From contig CAYPNF010000003.1 of the NCBI GenBank assembly GCA_964411985.1, positions 3,155 to 67,154 on the forward strand: a stretch of 64,000 bases of DNA. The letters are read 5' to 3'. Origin of the DNA: an uncultured Verrucomicrobiota bacterium (GTDB lineage Bacteria > Verrucomicrobiota > Verrucomicrobiia > Limisphaerales > J093). Made by a program: the position numbers and the translations under genes. The notes under the pieces are model-generated. The model saw only the letters and a program-made list of their open reading frames with translations. It was not told the DNA's origin and ran no database searches. This document shows, piece after piece, positions 51,499 through 61,549 of this stretch (its first letter is position 1; each line of letters opens with the position of its first letter).

Positions 51499-53877
51499 AT
51501 GAGAAAGCTGGGTCTGGGGCTTTTTTGGATCGGAGTCAGTCTCTTGGGTGCGGCCACCTATGGCGCCCTTGCTTTCCGGCGCGGCGAACCGCTCAACTCT
51601 GCCTACTTGATCATTGCCGCGGTCTGTACCTATGCAATCGGGTATAGATTCTACTCCAAGTGGATTGAAACCAAGGCATTAGGAATAAACGACCGCCGAG
51701 CACCTCCATGCGAGGTCCGGGATGACGGCCGCGACTTCGTGCGTACCAATCCTTGGATTGTCTTTGGACATCACTTCGCCGCAATCTCTGGCCCGGGCCC
51801 ACTGGTAGGTCCGGTGCTGGCCGCCCAGTTCGGCTACCTTCCCGGAACCCTCTGGATCCTGATCGGCTGCGTCCTCGGTGGGGCAGTCCAAGATCTCGTG
51901 ATTCTGTTTTGCTCGATCCGGCGGGATGGCAAATCCTTGGGACAGATGGTGAAAGAGGAGATGAACACCACGGCTGGCCATGTGTCGCTGGTAGCGATTC
52001 TCGCAATCATGGTCATTCTGCTCGCAGTCCTCGGGCTGGTTGTGGTCAAGGCCCTCGGGGAAAGCCCTTGGGGGGTGTTCACCGTAGGGGCAACCATCCC
52101 AATTGCTCTGTTGATGGGAGCCTACCTGCGTTGGTGGCGTATTGGAAAAGTTCTCGAGGCCTCCGCCATGGGAATTGGACTCCTGCTGTTGGCAGTCTGG
52201 GGTGGGAGAATGGTCCATGGCGATCCAAGCTGGCACTCATTCTTCAAGCTCAAGGAAGAATGGCTGGCGTGGGGAATTATCGGCTACGGGATGGCGGCAA
52301 GCATTCTCCCGGTGTGGCTGCTGCTTGCCCCTCGAGATTACCTAAGCACCTTCATGAAACTGGGGACGATCGGTGCCCTGGCAGCCGGGGTCTGCCTGGT
52401 GCTTCCCGATCTCCAAATGCCTGCCGTCAGCCGGTTCGTGGATGGTTCCGGGCCAGTGGTGCCGGGTACCCTGTTCCCCTTTTGCTTCATCACCATCGCC
52501 TGTGGCGCCATCTCCGGCTTTCACTCCCTGATCGCGAGTGGCACCACCCCCAAACTCATTACGCGCGAACGCTATTGCCGACCCATCGCTTATGGAGCCA
52601 TGTGCCTGGAATCGATGGTGGCCATCATGGCGATGATCGCCGCTTGCACCCTCGAACCCGGCATCTACCTGAGCATGAATATCAAGGCCCCCGGTGCCAC
52701 TCCCACGGCCATCGCTGAAAACACCGTCAAGAAAGTCCAGGCCGCGGGCTTCGCCGTTCAGGAGGACCAGATGCACGCCCTCGCCAAGTCCATGGGGGAG
52801 GACAGCCTCTTTGGACGAACCGGAGGGGCAGCCACACTCGCGGTTGGCATGGCGAAGATCTTCTCCACCGTCACCGCCGGACGATGGTTGGACCTCTGGT
52901 ATCACTTCGCCATCATGTTTGAGGCGCTCTTCATTCTCACCACTCTGGACGCAGGCACCAGGGTCGGACGCTATATCCTGCAGGACTTGCTCGGATCCGC
53001 CTGGAAACCGTTGGGCGACACTCGGCACCCGCTGGCCGGCCTGCTTGCGAGTGGCCTCATGGTTGGAGGATGGGGCTATTTCCTGATCCAAGGCGTACGG
53101 GATCCGGAAGGAGGCGTGAAGGCACTTTGGCCCCTCTTTGGAATCGCCAACCAGATCCTCGCCGCCATCGCTCTTTGCCTGGCCACCACGGTCTTGCTCA
53201 AAATGCAGCTCCACTCCGAAAACGAGCCGAACCCTCCCAACTCAGTGACCCGCAGCTCCCGCCCTTGGTTAGCTCTGGTCACTCTGGTTCCCTTGGCCTG
53301 GCTCGTGACGGTGACGCTCACTGCAGGGGTTCAGAAGCTGTTCCACGAGGAGACCAGACCAGGCTATGCGAAGATCGGTTTTCTGCAGATCGCCAAGGAT
53401 GCCACCGCCCAAATCCCAAGTGCCAAGGCCTCGCTCAGTACTGCCGAAAGAACTCAAGATTCCCTCGCAATCATGGCCGCAAAAAAGAAACTGCGTGAAT
53501 TGCAGATGTCTCGACGGACCAATCTCGTCGACGCAGCCGCAGTCGGCCTGTTTCTGTTCCTCGCGACCGCCATCCTCTCGCTGAGCGTCCTCCATTGGAT
53601 CGGTCTGCTCGCCGGAAAACGGCCGGTCAAGACGCAGGAGTCACCTGCGGTGTGGCTCCCCGAAGCTTCGGTTGGCCCGAAGCAGGGATGGCAGATGCTG
53701 GGGGTGTTTGCGTTGGCGGGAGCGCTTGCCCGGGAACTGAGCGGGGAAGCAGAACTGGAGCGTACCACGCCACCTGTTGCGACCTCCGCAACTCCCGAAG
53801 AGGTCCGCCAGATGCGGCAGCATTCCTACCTGCACCACACCGAACACCGATACCGGAGCATCCGACGCTGTTGCTGA
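51499..53877 (+). CDS. cstA: carbon starvation protein CstA
   Basis: Polytopic protein of 792 aa. IGYRFYSKWI..VFGHHFAAISGPGPLVGPVLAAQFGYLPG are CstA N-terminal signatures. Confidence 0.9.
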   Translation: MRKLGLGLFWIGVSLLGAATYGALAFRRGEPLNSAYLIIAAVCTYAIGYRFYSKWIETKALGINDRRAPPCEVRDDGRDFVRTNPWIVFGHHFAAISGPGPLVGPVLAAQFGYLPGTLWILIGCVLGGAVQDLVILFCSIRRDGKSLGQMVKEEMNTTAGHVSLVAILAIMVILLAVLGLVVVKALGESPWGVFTVGATIPIALLMGAYLRWWRIGKVLEASAMGIGLLLLAVWGGRMVHGDPSWHSFFKLKEEWLAWGIIGYGMAASILPVWLLLAPRDYLSTFMKLGTIGALAAGVCLVLPDLQMPAVSRFVDGSGPVVPGTLFPFCFITIACGAISGFHSLIASGTTPKLITRERYCRPIAYGAMCLESMVAIMAMIAACTLEPGIYLSMNIKAPGATPTAIAENTVKKVQAAGFAVQEDQMHALAKSMGEDSLFGRTGGAATLAVGMAKIFSTVTAGRWLDLWYHFAIMFEALFILTTLDAGTRVGRYILQDLLGSAWKPLGDTRHPLAGLLASGLMVGGWGYFLIQGVRDPEGGVKALWPLFGIANQILAAIALCLATTVLLKMQLHSENEPNPPNSVTRSSRPWLALVTLVPLAWLVTVTLTAGVQKLFHEETRPGYAKIGFLQIAKDATAQIPSAKASLSTAERTQDSLAIMAAKKKLRELQMSRRTNLVDAAAVGLFLFLATAILSLSVLHWIGLLAGKRPVKTQESPAVWLPEASVGPKQGWQMLGVFALAGALARELSGEAELERTTPPVATSATPEEVRQMRQHSYLHHTEHRYRSIRRCC

Positions 53878-53917
53878 GATTGTATTCCTTCTCGCTCCCT
53901 GTAGGATCACTCCTGGT

Positions 53918-54595
53918 ATGACCGCCCAACCTTCGGCAAAAACTGGATCGGACGAAGCTCCCCTTCCACCAGAAGGGAGTGGGTTGTCCCTGCCGTCGAA
54001 GGCTCCCCGGTTGCGCCTGGGGCTTTTCGGGGGGTCGTTCAATCCGGTGCACTATGGACATCTTCTCGCTGCCCTGACTGCAAAAGAGGAGTTGGAGTTG
54101 AGCCGCGTTCATTTCATTCCTGCCGCCCAATCCCCCTTCAAACCGAGCGCCGCCATGGCCCCCGCGGCGGACCGAGCGGCCATGCTTCGTCTAGCCCTGG
54201 CGGATTGTCCCTGGAGTCAGGTCGATTGCCAGGAACTGGGCCGGGGAGGGGTTTCCTATACGGTCGATACCCTGCGACAATACGCCCTCGATTTTCCTGG
54301 TGCGGAGCTATTCTACCTTGTTGGTGCCGATCATCTGCAACTCCTGCCGAAATGGAAGAATTCCGGGGAGTTGGCTTCTTTGGCCACCTTCGTGGTGGTT
54401 GGCCGTCCCGGGGAACCCCCGGGGTCCCTTAACTGCCCCTCTACCTTCCGCGTCCAGTGGCTCTGCGGATTCCAGCTCGGGATCTCCTCCTCGCTGACGC
54501 GCCAGCGGGTGAAAGAACAGCGCCCAATTGATTGGCTTGTGCCCCTGCCCGTGAAGGAGTATATTCAAAGAAGAAGTTTGTATCTGAGCGACTAG
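53918..54595 (+). CDS. nadD: nicotinate-nucleotide adenylyltransferase
   Basis: GLFGGSFNPVHYGHL motif. The start was moved to ATG 53918, after the cstA stop. Confidence 0.9.
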   Translation: MTAQPSAKTGSDEAPLPPEGSGLSLPSKAPRLRLGLFGGSFNPVHYGHLLAALTAKEELELSRVHFIPAAQSPFKPSAAMAPAADRAAMLRLALADCPWSQVDCQELGRGGVSYTVDTLRQYALDFPGAELFYLVGADHLQLLPKWKNSGELASLATFVVVGRPGEPPGSLNCPSTFRVQWLCGFQLGISSSLTRQRVKEQRPIDWLVPLPVKEYIQRRSLYLSD

Positions 54596-54600
54596 ACACC

Positions 54601-54978
54601 ATGGATTCTAAGACACTGGCCCTCCGTTGCCGCGAACTTGCGGACGATAAAAAAGGGGAAGACATAGCCGTATTGGACCTGCGAAAGGTCTCCTCCGTAG
54701 CTGACTACTTTGTCATCGTGACCGGCACCAGCGAACCCCACTTGAGAGCCATCGTGGACGAGATCACGATCAAGCTGTCTGAAGAGGCTGGGTTGCGTCC
54801 GAGAGCCCAGGATGGGACCCTGAAAACCAGTTGGGTGGTCCTGGACTATGCCGACGTATTGGTTCACGTCATGCGCTCGACCGTTCGCCAACACTATGAT
54901 CTGGAAGGGTTATGGAGTGACGCTCCCAAGGTCAGGGCCCGACGCAGCGCCCCGCGCAAGCGCAAGCCATCCGAGTAG
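54601..54978 (+). CDS. rsfS: ribosome silencing factor RsfS
   Basis: DIAVLDLRKVSSVADYFVIVTGTSEPHLRAI..WVVLDYADVLVHV. It forms the classic nadD-rsfS pair. The start is ATG 54601. Confidence 0.9.
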   Translation: MDSKTLALRCRELADDKKGEDIAVLDLRKVSSVADYFVIVTGTSEPHLRAIVDEITIKLSEEAGLRPRAQDGTLKTSWVVLDYADVLVHVMRSTVRQHYDLEGLWSDAPKVRARRSAPRKRKPSE

Positions 54979-55070
54979 AGGGATCCTCCCCTTTTCACGC
55001 TCGGGGAGACAGGCCCAGCCACGCCCTTGTGGCTGGGCGGATCGTGGCTAAGAGCCGAGACCCAGTCCGC

Positions 55071-55364
55071 CTAGCTGCTGGCAGCTTCCACGGGTTTCTC
55101 GGCCGCAGCCTTGGTCATCTCCGCGACGATCCGGCTGAAATCCTCAAGACCGGGAGCGGGAATAATCACCGTATCACGACGCCCATTCACATCCTCGGTA
55201 ATCCTCAAGAAACGGCCACGCGGGTTCTCCTTCAGAGTGAATATAAAGGTCTTGCGCTCGATCTGGACCTTGTCGGACTTGAGTGTATTCTCCTCCACAT
55301 GAGGCTTCCCTCCGGGTGAGGTTGCGGAGTGATGAGCCGATGGGGAACGTTCGTTCGGTGTCAT
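55071..55364 (-). CDS. PUR-like (DUF3276-type) single-repeat nucleic-acid-binding protein
   Basis: LKSDKVQIERKTFIFTLKENPRGRFLRITEDVNGRRDTVIIPAPGLEDF matches the PUR repeat pattern. Confidence 0.6.
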   Translation of the reverse strand: MTPNERSPSAHHSATSPGGKPHVEENTLKSDKVQIERKTFIFTLKENPRGRFLRITEDVNGRRDTVIIPAPGLEDFSRIVAEMTKAAAEKPVEAASS

Positions 55365-55439
55365 ATATGCCTCGCGCCTGCCATACTATTCATAGTCAAT
55401 AGCGCTTCTTCTGCCCTGACCCGCATTGTGACAAAATCG

Positions 55440-55979
55440 TCAGACTCTGTCAATTCTAGAGTTTCGGACCTGCGAAGCAGAATACCGCGGGCTGAAAGAG
55501 GGCCGGCTCACCCCCCAAAAGTAGAACCCTAGCGCGATCAGAGCGACAAGGTTCCCTCCCTGGGAAAGACCATGAAACCGGCGGAAACTCTGTTGAGCTT
55601 CCAGTTTTTGCTCCGGATTGGCAGCGGAGGAATACTTGATGCGGTGAAGCGCGTTGAGCTTGGGCCCCAGCCAGAACTGGCTGGCAATCGCCACACCTAG
55701 CAAAAGCAAAAGCACCACGAGTGATCCTGCAGACGGCAATCGCCCCGCATGGAGATAATCAGCAACGACGAGCACGAGGGCTACAATCGCGCAACCCAAG
55801 AAGAGCAGGTAATATCGGCTGACCATGATTTCCGCCAACCGTTCCACGTAAGGCCGAGGCAAAAACGCGGCTACCTCTTGAGAAAAGAAAGCTGGCCCGA
55901 CCAGAAAAGTAAAAAAAACACCTGTTCCAATCCAAACCGCCGTGTTCAGCAGCGTGAGGAATCGCAGTAGGTTATGCAC
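55440..55979 (-). CDS. DUF4149-like membrane protein
   Basis: Four predicted TM helices. The N terminus (LLRFLTLLNTAVWIGTGVFFTFLVGPAFF) resembles DUF4149. The start is GTG. Confidence 0.5.
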   Translation of the reverse strand: MHNLLRFLTLLNTAVWIGTGVFFTFLVGPAFFSQEVAAFLPRPYVERLAEIMVSRYYLLFLGCAIVALVLVVADYLHAGRLPSAGSLVVLLLLLGVAIASQFWLGPKLNALHRIKYSSAANPEQKLEAQQSFRRFHGLSQGGNLVALIALGFYFWGVSRPSFSPRYSASQVRNSRIDRV

Positions 55980-56129
55980 CGGGCCACTATAACTGAGGAT
56001 CCCGGAATTGCCAAGGAACTCGAAAAACAGAAGTAGAAGGATCCAGAGCCGCTACCACTTCACAGCGTCCCTCGCGATTTGCACCATGCGGTAACCCTCC
56101 CCCCCAGCAACCTGCTTCCTTCCGCAAAG

Positions 56130-57635
56130 TCACCCCTTCCCTCCCGCCTGACCTTGGGTGGGCAGGCTACTTAGTTTCGCCATCTTCTCCACAAGCCCCT
56201 CCAAGGTCACGGCAGAGGCGACTGCAAATTCTGCTATGGCAACCTTCTGGGTCTCCTCAACGAGCAGCGCTTGGACCGGATCGAGACGTGTCAACAAATC
56301 GGCCCCTTTCCCGACCCGCACTGCCTGAAGGACATCGTGGACGGTAATCTGCTGCAGAGGCCGGGCAGGCACGTAGCAGACCTCCAAATCCTGCACCTCC
56401 GCCAACAGGCGCATCTCCACGAGAACGCGGAGAATCTGTCCGGCCAACCGCGTCGGGACCCCGCATGATTCCGATAACTCGATAAGCGAAGGGGGTTTGG
56501 CGGCCTGGCTGAACCTGGTTGCCACCTGGGCCGCGAGTCGCAGCGCCACAAACTCTTTGCTCTTCTGGTGCACCTTTTCCGCATGCCGCTCCTGGAGGTA
56601 GGTCCGGCGATTTTGGTAGGCATAAGCCACCTGGGCTCCGAAAAGGAGAATCAGCCAAGAGAAATAGAGCCCAATCATAAGAACCGGCACCATCCCCATG
56701 CTCCCATAAACCCGGCTGTTGCTGACCACGCGGGAAACGTACAGAACGCTGCATTCATTGTTCAGCTGCCACAGAAAGCCCCCGACAAAGCCACCCGCTG
56801 CAGCCGCCTGCCAATGGACGCGCGTGTTGGGCATCAGCTGGTAGAAGAGCGAAAAAGCCAGGCCCAGGATCAGGAAGGGAAGCAGGGCGATCAGAACCTT
56901 CACGGCAGGGGCTCCCCAGGGCAGCGATTCGACAAAGTCCCTCACCTCGGAAACGTGCGGGCTACTGGTCAAGGTAAGGGCCAAAGCGATCAAGATCGGT
57001 CCCAGCGACAGCGCCGCCCAGTAGAGTACAATCCGCGAGAACCAGTTCCTGCCCTGTGTCACTCCCCAGATATCGTTGAAGGTGTCTTCAATCCGGCTCA
57101 GCATACTGATGGCGACAAACAGAAGCATGATGCTGCCGGTGACGCCAATCGCGCCGCTGCGGGTGTTGGCCACAAATTGGTTGATCCTCTTGGTAATGTC
57201 CTCGCGGGTCGCCACCTCCTTGGCCAGAAGCGGAGCAGGAGTCTCCTCTGCTGGACTGGCCGGAACGAAAATCATCTGGTCCGGGTGCAAAGGATCGCGA
57301 ACGACGAGACGGGTGGTGTCGGGCGTCACCTCAGCCACCATTCGATCCACAAACCGTCGGATGGTGTCCTCACCTTGACGCTTCAGCAGGCTGCTGGAGA
57401 CGCTCAGGACCACGGCAAGGATCGGCACCAAGGCGAGCAAACTCGCGTAGGCGAGCGAGGAAGCACGAACCGGGCAACGGTTCCGCACGAAACTACGGCC
57501 GACCAGAAGCCAGAAATGCAGGAACCGTTGCAGGCGGGTGTGGCGGCTCTCCTCCTGGCAGGCCAGACTCTCGTCGTCGAAAGCCATTTTTGCTTCCGCA
57601 CCGAGCTTCTTGAGTGTGTCCATGTTGCCGCTCAT
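56130..57635 (-). CDS. YihY/BrkB-family membrane protein with C-terminal winged-helix-like domain
   Basis: CPVRASSLAYASLLALVPILAV plus a polytopic core, typical of YihY. The C terminus (PSLIELSESCGVPTRLAGQILRVLVEMRLL) looks like a wHTH. ATG 57635 is preferred over TTG 57674. Confidence 0.75.
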   Translation of the reverse strand: MSGNMDTLKKLGAEAKMAFDDESLACQEESRHTRLQRFLHFWLLVGRSFVRNRCPVRASSLAYASLLALVPILAVVLSVSSSLLKRQGEDTIRRFVDRMVAEVTPDTTRLVVRDPLHPDQMIFVPASPAEETPAPLLAKEVATREDITKRINQFVANTRSGAIGVTGSIMLLFVAISMLSRIEDTFNDIWGVTQGRNWFSRIVLYWAALSLGPILIALALTLTSSPHVSEVRDFVESLPWGAPAVKVLIALLPFLILGLAFSLFYQLMPNTRVHWQAAAAGGFVGGFLWQLNNECSVLYVSRVVSNSRVYGSMGMVPVLMIGLYFSWLILLFGAQVAYAYQNRRTYLQERHAEKVHQKSKEFVALRLAAQVATRFSQAAKPPSLIELSESCGVPTRLAGQILRVLVEMRLLAEVQDLEVCYVPARPLQQITVHDVLQAVRVGKGADLLTRLDPVQALLVEETQKVAIAEFAVASAVTLEGLVEKMAKLSSLPTQGQAGGKG

Positions 57636-57773
57636 AGCCTGCTGGCAACCTACCAGAGACAAAGAGGGACACAAGACATGAGTTCGGCTGGGCCAAACCT
57701 GCGAGAGCCCGATTCAAGCAGCCGTTGGTGCGGCGCTATCAGTTCATTCGTGGGTGCCTTGTCCTTCCTCCCT

Positions 57774-57914
57774 TCGTTCTCGTCCTCGTCCCTCCTCCTC
57801 GGCAACTGAGCGGAAGCCACGCTTTCGAGGACGAGGACGACCACGAGGGAGGAGGGACGATTGGAGGACGAGGACGATCACGAGGGGAGAGGGACGATTC
57901 GAGCACGAGCACGA
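57774..57914. repeat. GA-rich 37-bp-period tandem repeat with an inverted partial copy
   Basis: R1 (57827-57862) and R2 (57864-57899) are identical at 33 of 36 positions. A degenerate third repeat head lies at 57901-57914. An inverted copy lies at 57774-57800. Confidence 0.8.
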
Positions 57915-58008
57915 AGCACCTTGCGCTGCGATCATAGGGGTGGCATTCAGAGACCGCCTCGCGGAAACGGTTTCGGGTTTACTTCGAACCTGAAGCGGCT
58001 ATGGTGCG

Positions 58009-60117
58009 GTGTATGATATGACCTTTTCCATTCTTCTAGCCTCCATCGCCGCTGCTGCTGGGTTCACGCTCACGCTCGCGGTGCTGGTTCGCGAACTTCG
58101 TTCCCTGGCAAACCTCTCCTTCGCCGCAGGCATGACGGCGTTTGCCCTCGAAAGCGTCTTCGAGGCTGTTACTCTCCACGCACAAGTGGTCGACGAGAGC
58201 CTGCGGTGGCAGACTTGGAGCCTGCGCCTCATGGCGGTGCAACCCGGATTCTGGCTGGCATTCAGCCTGACTTACTCACGGGGCAACTATCGCGAGTTCC
58301 TTTCCCGCTGGCAGTTGGTCATCGTGGCTGCCATCGCTCTGCCGGTTCTACTCGTCTCTTCCTCAGGCCAAAACCTCCTGACCGTCCACATGGAGAACGG
58401 GGCGTTCTACATGCGGCTCAGCCGCCAGGGAAGCCTGCTCCACATGCTCTACTTGATCGGGTCCGTTCTGGTCTTGATGAACCTGGAAAGGACCTTCCGC
58501 AGCGCGGTGGGAACCATGCGTTGGAGGTTGAAGTTCATGATGCTCGGCTTGGGCGTCCTCTTCATCTTCCGCATCTATACCGCCAGTCAAACCCTCCTCT
58601 TCTCCAGCACGGGTGAGTCCCTCAAGGTGTTGAATTCGGGTGCCCTCCTCGTGGCCGCGGCCCTCATCGCCATCTCCCTCTTCCGAACCAAACCCTTCAG
58701 CGTGGATATCTACCCTTCGCACGCCGTTCTGCACAATTCCCTCACGGTGGTGCTGGCGGGCATCTACCTGGTCGTGGTGGGCGGGCTCGCCAAACTCATG
58801 GATTCCGTCGCCGGCTACGCGGCTCTCCCCGTCAAAGCTTTCCTGATCCTGGCATCCCTGGTCTTGCTGACGGTCCTCCTCCTCTCCGACCGGATACGAC
58901 AACGCACCCGCCGTTTCGTCAGTCGGAACTTCAGTCGGCCCATCTATAACTATCGCCAGATCTGGTCGACTTTTACGGAGCGAACCTCCTCGCTCATGGA
59001 TGAGGTCGCTCTCTCCCGAGCGGTGAGCAAATGGGTCTCGGAAGTGTTCAGCGCGTTGTCGGTGACCGTCTGGCTCGTGGATTCAAAAAGCGAATCCCTT
59101 TGCTTCGGCGCTTCCACCCTGCTCTCGGAAAACCAAGCCAGCAAACTGCTCACGGAGGAAACCGAAGGTTCAGAGTGGCTGGCTGCCCTCAAGGAGCAAT
59201 CCCTGCCGGTCGACATCGAGAATTCCCAGGAGGACTGGGCGCTCAGCCTGAAACGCATCAGCCCCGGGCAATTCCCTGAAAAGGGAGGAAACCGGATTTG
59301 CGTGCCCCTCGCCACTGGAGGTGAGGTTCTTGGGACCATGGTGCTCGGCGATCGCGTGAGCGGAGTGCCCTTTTCGGAGGAGGACCTCGATCTGCTCAAG
59401 TGCATTGGCGACCAGGTAGCGGCTGCGCTCATGAACGTGCAGTTATCTAATAAGCTCATGCAGGCCAAGGAGATGGAAGCTTTTCAAGCCATGTCCACCT
59501 TCTTCGTCCACGACCTCAAGAACACGGCCTCCACCTTGTCCTTGATGCTCCAAAACCTGGACACACATTTCCAGAACCCCGAGTTCCGAGCCGATGCACT
59601 TAGGGCGGTGGGGAAAAGTGTAGCTCACCTAAACGGTCTCATTAGCCGATTGACTGTCCTGCGGCAGGGATTCAAGATTCACAAGGCAGAAGCCGATCTA
59701 AGTAAGGTGGTGGAGACCGCTATGGCGGGGCTCACCGCGGCTCCGCAGGTGACGGTGGTCAAGTCGCTTGAGCCCTCGCTGAAAGTTCAGCTGGATCCGG
59801 AGCAGATTCAGAAAGTGATTATCAACCTGGTGCTGAACTCTCAGGAAGCGTTCATGGGAAAGCCTGGAGAGATCACGGTGACCACCGAGCGACGGCCCGG
59901 GTGGGTGGTGCTTTCTGTGCGGGACAACGGATGTGGAATGAGTCCGGATTTCGTAGCCAAGAACCTCTTCCGCCCGTTTCAAACGACGAAAAAGAAGGGC
60001 CTTGGAATTGGCATGTTTCATAGTAAGGTGATTGTGGATGCTCATCGGGGGAAACTCGAGGTGGAGAGCGCACCAGGCCAGGGCACGCTTATTCGACTGC
60101 TTTTGCCGACAGGATAG
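58009..60117 (+). CDS. prsK: PrsK-like (XrtA/PEP-CTERM system) histidine kinase
   Basis: Polytopic N terminus of about 300 aa, a GAF-like region, H-box (FFVHDLKNTAS) and HATPase (DNGCGMSP..GLGIGMF). It is paired with a PrsR-like activator. The start is GTG 58009 or ATG 58018. Confidence 0.65.
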   Translation: MYDMTFSILLASIAAAAGFTLTLAVLVRELRSLANLSFAAGMTAFALESVFEAVTLHAQVVDESLRWQTWSLRLMAVQPGFWLAFSLTYSRGNYREFLSRWQLVIVAAIALPVLLVSSSGQNLLTVHMENGAFYMRLSRQGSLLHMLYLIGSVLVLMNLERTFRSAVGTMRWRLKFMMLGLGVLFIFRIYTASQTLLFSSTGESLKVLNSGALLVAAALIAISLFRTKPFSVDIYPSHAVLHNSLTVVLAGIYLVVVGGLAKLMDSVAGYAALPVKAFLILASLVLLTVLLLSDRIRQRTRRFVSRNFSRPIYNYRQIWSTFTERTSSLMDEVALSRAVSKWVSEVFSALSVTVWLVDSKSESLCFGASTLLSENQASKLLTEETEGSEWLAALKEQSLPVDIENSQEDWALSLKRISPGQFPEKGGNRICVPLATGGEVLGTMVLGDRVSGVPFSEEDLDLLKCIGDQVAAALMNVQLSNKLMQAKEMEAFQAMSTFFVHDLKNTASTLSLMLQNLDTHFQNPEFRADALRAVGKSVAHLNGLISRLTVLRQGFKIHKAEADLSKVVETAMAGLTAAPQVTVVKSLEPSLKVQLDPEQIQKVIINLVLNSQEAFMGKPGEITVTTERRPGWVVLSVRDNGCGMSPDFVAKNLFRPFQTTKKKGLGIGMFHSKVIVDAHRGKLEVESAPGQGTLIRLLLPTG

Positions 60118-60123
60118 AATTGC

Positions 60124-61485
60124 ATGAATCCGAAGTTGCTAATCGTTGACGACGACGAAGACATACGCTCGCAGATGAAGTGGGCGCTGGCACAAGACTA
60201 CCAGGTCGTGCTCGCTGAGGACCGAACCGCAGCTCTCAAAGCGTTTCGGGATCACAGGCCCATGGTGGTCCTTCTGGATCTCGGCTTGCCGCCCAATCCA
60301 GCAGGCCCGGAAGAAGGGTTGGCCACTCTCACCGAACTCCTCGAAGTGGACCGTTTTGCCAAAGTCATCATCGTCACAGGCCAAGGCGAAAAGGAAAACG
60401 CCCTGCGTGCGGTGGGGAACGGTGCCTACCATTTTCTGTGCAAGCCAGTGGAAATTGATGAGGTCAAGGCCCTGCTCAAGATGGGTTTCTACCTGGCCCA
60501 GCTCGAGAGGGAAAACCGTGAGATGCAGAAACAGGTCGCCGGGGATAACTTTGAAGGGATGCTGGGAGGCAGCCCTCACATGCAGGATGTTTTCTCCACG
60601 ATCCGTAAAGTCGCCACGACCGACGCTCCCGTGTTGATCTTGGGGGAAAGCGGGACCGGCAAAGAAATGACGGCTCTGGCGATCCATCATCGAAGCGGCC
60701 GGAAGAATGGTCCATTCATCGCCATCAACTGCGGGGCCATTCCTGAGAACCTGCTGGAGAGCGAACTGTTTGGCCACGAAAAGGGATCCTTCACTGGCGC
60801 CCACGTCCAACGTCAGGGCCGCATTGAAACGGCAAACGGAGGCACACTTTTCCTGGACGAACTTGGCGAACTTCCCCAACCCCTGCAGGTGAAACTCCTA
60901 CGCTTCCTTCAGGAGCAGTACATCGAAAGGGTGGGCGGCCGTGAGAAGATCAAGGTGGACGCCCGAATCGTGGCCGCCACCAACTCGGACCTGGCCAAAG
61001 CCATGGCCACCGGAAACTTCCGCGAGGATCTGTATTACCGACTCGCGGTGGTGGTGGTGAAAGTCCCTCCTCTCCGCCAGCGCGAACAGGATATCCTGCT
61101 GCTCGCTCAGGCGTTTCTGCAGAAGTTCAGCGCCCAGAACAACAAATCGGTCGCCAAATTCAGCAAAGAGGCGATTAGGGCGCTCCAGCAACACGACTGG
61201 CCTGGTAACGTTCGAGAACTGGAAAACCGGGTGAAACGTGCGGTCATCATGGGGGATCACAACGCCATCCTGCCCGCCGACCTGGAATTGAGCCATATCG
61301 TTGGATCCTCCATACGCACTTTGAAGGACGCCCGCGAGGAGTTGGAGCGGGAGATGATCCTGATCGCCCTGCGACGTCACAACGGAAAAGTGAGCCCGGC
61401 CGCCACCGATTTGGGCATCAGCCGCCCCACCCTCTATGAGCTCATGGACAAGTTGAGCATCAAACGGGATTCGGCAGCCACCTAG
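60124..61485 (+). CDS. prsR: PrsR-like PEP-CTERM-box sigma-54-dependent response regulator
   Basis: KLLIVDDDEDIRSQMKWAL..VVLLDLGLPPNP, GESGTGKE, ESELFGHEKGSFTGA and an HTH (GKVSPAATDLGISRPTLYELM). Confidence 0.75.
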   Translation: MNPKLLIVDDDEDIRSQMKWALAQDYQVVLAEDRTAALKAFRDHRPMVVLLDLGLPPNPAGPEEGLATLTELLEVDRFAKVIIVTGQGEKENALRAVGNGAYHFLCKPVEIDEVKALLKMGFYLAQLERENREMQKQVAGDNFEGMLGGSPHMQDVFSTIRKVATTDAPVLILGESGTGKEMTALAIHHRSGRKNGPFIAINCGAIPENLLESELFGHEKGSFTGAHVQRQGRIETANGGTLFLDELGELPQPLQVKLLRFLQEQYIERVGGREKIKVDARIVAATNSDLAKAMATGNFREDLYYRLAVVVVKVPPLRQREQDILLLAQAFLQKFSAQNNKSVAKFSKEAIRALQQHDWPGNVRELENRVKRAVIMGDHNAILPADLELSHIVGSSIRTLKDAREELEREMILIALRRHNGKVSPAATDLGISRPTLYELMDKLSIKRDSAAT

Positions 61486-61549
61486 ACTTGGTCCAAGGAC
61501 CCGCCCGCCACAGACGGAAGAGTGGATCCCTTCCACCGGAAAGACTGCA

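Noticed and set aside
56568-57809. 413-aa plus-strand ORF
   Set aside because: It is antisense to the YihY-family membrane protein and has non-protein-like composition.
57827-57914. GA-rich tandem repeats as a CRISPR array or minisatellite-encoded peptide
   Set aside because: Only about 2.4 contiguous copies are present, with a single nucleotide between them and no unique spacers, and no cas genes are nearby. ORFs across the region are low-complexity on both strands.
57941-57956. TGGCAT-tcaga-GACC as a sigma-54 promoter for prsK
   Set aside because: There is no TTGC-like -12 element at the required spacing.
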